64,000 nucleotides of DNA. It comes from Octopus vulgaris (taxonomy: Eukaryota). Below, one piece after another: positions 58,264 to 64,000 of this stretch (position 1 is its first letter; each line of letters starts with the position of its first letter). Location: contig OX597819.1 of assembly GCA_951406725.2 (NCBI GenBank), positions 57,536,001-57,600,000 of the forward strand, read 5' to 3'. Under the pieces are notes generated by a model that ran no database searches, was not told where the DNA came from, and worked only from the letters and a program-made list of their open reading frames with translations. The translations under genes and the position numbers were made by a program.

Positions 58264-58936
58264 ATTTGTTGTGCAAGATTTTTGATGTGAAATCGTGTGT
58301 TGAAACAGATATTGTTGTATTTCAGAATGGTCATTTTGCCAGTTTAGCCAATAAAAACACACGCACTATATATTTGGTGTTAATTTGCTTCAGCTTTATT
58401 TATTTTTTACATCAATCTTAATCTTATTCCGGCCAGAGTTCGTTCGTCACACTCCTGTGACTGCATCAGTGGTCCTTTGCTTTGTTTTTTTCTTATTTGT
58501 GTGTCTCTCCTTACAGCTATTTTGTATTTCTATTGTATGTGTCTTCATTTGCGCATGCGTATATCTCTATGTGCGTCTATGTTTAGTCAGTGGGGGCATG
58601 CCTGTAATATTTGTGTCTTCTGTTTATATACGTTCGTGTAATTTGTTTTTGTTTATTCTTATTTTGTTCATGTGTTTAGACCCACTTATTATTATTATTA
58701 TTATTATCATTATTATTATCATTATCAAAATGGCTGACGGTTAGTAAGGAGAGACACAAATATGAAAGAAGAAAGCAAAGGACCACTGATGCGGTCATAG
58801 GAGTGTGACGAAAGAACTCTGGCCGAAATAAGATTAAGTTTAATGTAAAAGATAAATAACACTGAAGCAAAGTAACACCAAATATATAGTGCGTGTGTTT
58901 TTATTGGCTAAATTGGCAAAATGACCATTCCGAAAT

Positions 58937-58946
<10 letters not shown>
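58262..58946. mobile_element. Non-coding fold-back element with ~175-bp inverted repeats, each carrying a hammerhead-like motif
   Basis: 58309-58484 is inverted at 58772-58946. Motif ggacca-CTGATGC(A/G)-gtcaya/tgtgac-GAA(A/C)GAACTC-tggcc at 58780-58824 (+) and 58431-58475 (-). Flanked by (TA)n. Confidence 0.75.
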
Positions 58947-59016
<70 letters not shown>

Positions 59017-59018
<2 letters not shown>

Positions 59019-59245
59019 GGAGACGTATTCGCATAGCAAGTAATTTGATCTGAGATCGTGTGCTGAAACGAAAACAATTACAGCGTGGAAGGTGTTTATA
59101 AGCCATTTAAGAAACACACAAAAGCCGTTCGATTCACTTCAACATTTAAGTTTAATTTGTCAAAATATTTTCGTCGCTAAAATCCGCGACCTGTTCACTA
59201 ACAAAAATCCGTGCTGCATCTGAGAAAGTAACAGTTAGTTCGTCA
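59017..59245 (-). mobile_element. Short non-coding repeat (family of 30353 and 60091)
   Basis: Reverse complement of 30353-30571. Confidence 0.85.
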
Positions 59246-59351
59246 TATATATGTACGTATGTATGTGTGTATGTATGCATACATGTGTGTATGTATGTAC
59301 GTATGCATGTACGTACATACGCCTGTGTATGCATGTATGTATGTATGTATG

Positions 59352-59390
<39 letters not shown>

Positions 59391-59502
59391 TGCAAATTTA
59401 GGGTGAATAGTTGACAAGTGTAAGCACCTGTATACGCCAGAATAGTGGCAGAGGTGAGTGAGAATAATCAAATAAAATCAAAAACAGAACACAAAGGATG
59501 TC

Positions 59503-59593
59503 GCGGTACACGTGTTTCAAGCTTTATAAACGACCTGTTCTTACATCAGTGTATAATAGATATAAAAGATAGTTTAAAGCTATCTTAAGCCTC
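59503..59593 (-). ncRNA. Degenerate hammerhead motif
   Basis: gagg-CTTAAGA-t-agcttt..aaagct-t-GAAAC-acgt-GTA-ccgc; G5 mutated, probably inactive. Confidence 0.5.
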
Positions 59594-60090
59594 ATGCATT
59601 GTTATTCCAAAGATTTACATCACACTATAAAAAATATGAAAAGTACATGTAGTATTACCCATTACAATAGGTATATCATATCTCCCTGAGAAGGTGTATT
59701 TGTAAAATTTCGTAACTGTATATGTGTGTAGGGGATCATTGGATTTCGAAAATCTGTTCATACTGTATCACCAGTCAACATAAAGTGAATGTTAAATAGA
59801 TTTGAATGGGTTCATTCTTCTTGTAAGGAAATAGAAATAAAGAGAAAGAAAAAGAAAAAGGAAGAAAATAAAATAAAATAGAGAGAATATGGAGAGAAAA
59901 AAGATAGAAAGAATAGAGAGAAAAATAGAGGGGAAATAGAGAAAGAAAAGGGAAAAAAAGAAGGAAATAGAGAGAGAAAACGTTAAAGTGAGAAACAAGG
60001 AAAGAGGACAATGTAAGTAAAAGATAAGGGTAATAAAAATAGTAAAGAAATTGTAAAAATTCAAATATAAGGATAATAAGGTTAGAACCA

Positions 60091-60421
60091 GCGTGGAAGG
60101 TGTTTGTAAGTCATTTAAGAAACACACAAAAGCCGTTCGATTCACTTCAACATTTAAGTTTAATTTGTCAAAATATTTTCGTCGCTTTAAGACCGCGACC
60201 TGTTCACTGATAAGAGATGCAGCACGGATTTTTGTCAGTGAACAGGTCGCGGTCTTAAAGCGACGAAAATATTTTGACAAATTAAACTTAAATGTTGAAG
60301 TGAATCGAACGGCTTTTGTGTATTTCTTAAATGGCTTACAAACACCTTCCATGCTGCAATTGTTATCGTTTCAGCACACGATCTCAGATCAAATCACTTG
60401 CTATGCAAGTACATCTCCGTA
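60091..60421 (+). mobile_element. Fold-back non-autonomous retroelement with a 13-bp target-site duplication
   Basis: ~120-bp near-perfect inverted arms (60089-60356) plus a 65-bp tail; flanks aaggttagaacca (60078-60090) and aagattagaacca (60422-60434). Confidence 0.8.
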
Positions 60422-60824
60422 AAGATTAGAACCACATATAAGTATAAAAAGTTAGTCAAAACAGAGTAACAAAAAATATAAAAATGTAAAAAATAAATAG
60501 AAAAATATAAAGAAATATAAAAAGATATAAAATAATCGTTAAACAAAAGAATTGAGATAAATAGATAAGACGCTAAAAGAGCTGAGAATAAGATTTAGGT
60601 TTTGATGTGGTGGTAAGGGTCATAAATCACTTCTTATTTTCGGGGGGGGGGGGGTGAAATTTGATATTGTTGTAGTGAGTAGTCAGTTTACACCAATCCG
60701 CCACTACAAGTTACTAGCTTTAAGTTTATAGTATATGTGTGTATGTGTTTATACACTTATTTGTGCGCATATATATAAGCATGTCTCATACAGCACAGCA
60801 TGAGATACACAGTCTTAAATATAT

Positions 60825-61862
60825 TGTTACGAACCTGCCGTCGCTCAACTCAAACTCGAGACCCTAAGTCAAGCGATGACGACGACAACGCTCAGTCAAA
60901 CAGAAATCCACCACATAAAACGGAGTGGAAAGCGAACGCAAGCCAGAAACCAGAGACAACAACAACAACAGGAAGAGAGAGACAGCGGAAAGCAGTTGCT
61001 TACATTTAACAACATTTTTTATAATTGTTACAACATCAAATAAAACGTGATACATATCAGATACATTCAAAGAAAAGCATTCAACAAATTGTACAGGGTT
61101 AAAAAGAAAAACAATAATCCATGCATTTAAACATAACACAACGTCCGAAAACAATTCAAACAAATGTTCAACACAATACAGAGTTCGAAAACAGTTCACA
61201 TTAAATTCTTTCTCTTCTCTTCAATAATCCTTTTTTTACATTTCAATAGATTACAGTTTATATCACAATGTTCTTTTCCCTTCTTTTTCTTTCTTTTCCA
61301 CAGTTCTTTTTTTTCTGACACAATGTTCTCTTTCCTTTTTTTCAGTCTTTCTGTTTTTACACAACTCACAAGTTCTTTTTTCTTTTCTTTTACATTTCAC
61401 ATCAACATCCAAAATTCAACAACGAAAACATAAACAACATTACCGTACGTTTTCTCGTCTGCAACACTCCTTGAATCATCACAAAAACTCCCACTATATC
61501 AGACCGAGTTCAAAATGTCTCTCGCTTGTCATCTCTCACATTCACTGTCTGTCTTTCTCCAGACCACGCTTGTCATCCTTGTCGTTGCCTCTCGCTTGAC
61601 AAGTCCTCAATCCCTTATGTCTGTCTTTCTCGCCATCGCAACCGTCTCTGCATCAACTCTCACGCCAAACTGACCGCTAACCCCAATGCCAGCCGCATTT
61701 ATATAGGGTAGCATTTTTATTTCTTTCCTAAACTTTCCTGGACCGTAGGGACCAAACTGTCACTTCCTGACTCATTAATTTTCCCTACAGATTACAGGAC
61801 AAAGCCAAATAACTTCTTTCGCCAGTCCATCTGGCACCAAACCACAAACCTGGGTCATAGCA
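60825..61862 (-). mobile_element. Possible solo LTR
   Basis: TG...CA ends with an imperfect terminal inverted repeat (tgttacga / tcatagca) and minus-strand TATATAAA at ~61698-61705. No matching TSD seen. Confidence 0.4.
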
Positions 61863-61939
61863 CTTTTTCCTCAACTGACCTCTGCATCAATATGGAATTA
61901 CACACATATCCCCATGCGTATCTACAGTTAAACCCAAGT

Positions 61940-62400
61940 AAATATATACATATACTACCAAGGATATTACAGATATAGATATCTATACCCACACACGTAT
62001 ATCTTAATACACACATATACAAACACGTGCACATATACACACATACGTATATACATACATACGCACATACATATATATATACACACATATATATATCCAT
62101 ATACACATACTTATATATCCATACATATGTACCCCTCTCATACACACACATATATATACATACAAATACACATACATACACATATAGATATATAGATATA
62201 CCCCTATATATACATATATATATATATATACCTACAAACGCATATATATATATACATATATATACACATATACATACATACATGCATACCCCTATATATA
62301 TATATATATACACACACATACACATGCATACATATATCTATCACCATGTATAAATATTCATACATTCACGTCCATCGATTCATGTATATACACACACACA
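61940..62400. repeat. Degenerate (TA)n/(CA)n low-complexity tract
   Basis: Mixed dinucleotide repeats. Confidence 0.9.
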
Positions 62401-62871
62401 TTACATCTTCTAAGTGTATATCTTGTTTTGGGGGATATAATAGTTTTAATTTAATGATTTAATATTTAATATTTAATAAATATTTAATAATTCAATGTAA
62501 TTTAAATGCAAAGATAAAAGATAAAGGATAAAAAATTAGAAAATAAAATAAAGTAAGAAAAAGCACAAAGAAACAATTATAACAATCGCAATAATACTAG
62601 TGATCATGATATTGTTATAATATTATAATATAAAATTGATTGTAAAATATATATTGGTTGGAGAGATTTCAAGATTATCCACTTATGTAATTTATACTCT
62701 TATTTTGATTGTTAGAGAATGTATTAAGTTAAAAGATTCTTGGTAGTTATTTACCCTTTATTACTAGTTTAATATTACTAAAGATATTAATGATGTTATT
62801 AGTATTTGTTGGTAGTGATATAGTAAATTCTAGAGACAATGGTTTGATTATTTATCTAAAAAAAAGGGTAA

Positions 62872-63192
62872 AGACCCCCTTCGGTCATGAATGACCATGG
62901 GATTGCACCTAGAAAGTTACCCTCCTAGACACAAGTCCGGGCAAGGTTGTTTATGGAAGACCAGCAGTCGCCCATGCATACCAGCCTCCCTCTCCACGCC
63001 ACCAGTGTTATCCAAGGGAAAGACAAAGGTCGATACAGCTTGGCACCAGTGACGTCGCAACTCATTTCTACAACTGAGTGAACTGGAGCAACGTGAAATA
63101 AAGTGCCTTGCTCAAGAACACAACACGCAGCCCGGTCCGGGATTCGAGCTCACAACCTCACGATCGTAAGCTCGACGCTCTAACCACTGATC
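62872..63192 (-). mobile_element. SINE family C head with alternative tail
   Basis: Closely similar to 55084-55410. Confidence 0.88.
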
Positions 63193-63408
63193 CGTTCTAT
63201 ATAAATAGGTAAAAGTAAGTATAAATTTTCTAAATTGAATGGTATGTGTATACTATCTGTGGTTAGAATTTATTAAGGTGAGGGTAAACTTAGCAAGTAG
63301 TTGGGGGTAAGACTAGGAGTAGTTAATCCAATGCCTGAGTAGTGGCAGGATGGAGTAGATTATGGAAATTCCAATGTGAGATGATCATGAAGGGATTAAA
63401 ATGGAGAT

Positions 63409-63840
63409 TTAAGGATTATAATATTTAAAGGTTTTAGTTAATTCATGCATGCAAGTTGGTTTGAATTCAGATCTTTTATTAACTAGTTTGTCTTTATCCG
63501 GGAATCTAATGATTTTTGGTAGTTCTAAGGAGCATAGTTGGCAACCAGCTCTATTATTTTTATAAGTCGCTGCCGATCCAACTATGGACCATCTAAGGTT
63601 AAATTTTATATTTTTGTCCTTAAGTTCCCAAATCCTACTTGATAAAGATGTACTGTTAGCCTTATTTTTGAGTCTAAAGGACGACCGGTGGTTATAGAAC
63701 CTAGATTTCCAGGCGGATGAGCACCCAATGTAAATAAGAGTATTTAATTCAGTAATTATTTCACAGGAGTAAACTGGGTTTTTTTTTGCCAGGAAATTTC
63801 CACGTAAGGGACACGCTGCTGCAGTCACACAATTACAGCC
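63409..63840 (-). mobile_element. Penelope-like element GIY-YIG endonuclease (probably Hydra-type)
   Basis: CPLRGN..VYSCEI..YIG..WKSRFYNHRSSF..TSLSSRIWELKD..W.I..CQLC..VNKRSE..CMH; same architecture as 26500-26890. Confidence 0.85.
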
Positions 63841-64000
63841 GTATTACAATTTTCAAGCCGTCCGTTATTTGTCCTTGGATGGATAATTTCGATATGGTTG
63901 TTATCATGGCTACTACTATGGTAGATCGAGACTATGCCTACATTATCGCTATTATTATTGTTATTATCTTTATTAGTGCTATTCAAGTTTTTCCTACCTA

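Noticed and set aside
59792-60422. Mirror ORFs MEGVCK...[15 protein letters not shown] on both strands
   Set aside because: Artefact of the DNA hairpin.

Overview
AT-rich, repeat-dominated eukaryotic (animal) DNA, not prokaryotic. The tRNA-derived SINE families, abundant (TA)n/(CATA)n/(ACT)n/(TTA)n microsatellites and Penelope-like elements (PLEs) point to an octopus genome (inference from repeat content). Most ORFs in the supplied track are microsatellite or SINE artefacts. One spliced host gene is supported: three minus-strand 3' exons (58097-57934, 56315-56152, 51833-51787) with canonical GT-AG sites and matching phases, encoding an uncharacterised, probably extracellular domain. The rest is mobile DNA: PLE fragments of several lineages (one with inverted pLTRs at 25090-27293), an internally deleted CR1-type LINE, RTE and R4/Dong-like tails, mariner/pogo/hAT/Helitron derivatives, a possible solo LTR and many SINEs. 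The most interesting signals are about ten hammerhead-ribozyme-like motifs in short non-coding fold-back retroelements (some with non-canonical cores), and a diverged, tandemly repeated ~2.3-kb non-coding unit containing a 156-bp island that is 94% identical between two copies. All alignments and folds were done by eye, and boundaries of degraded repeats are approximate.
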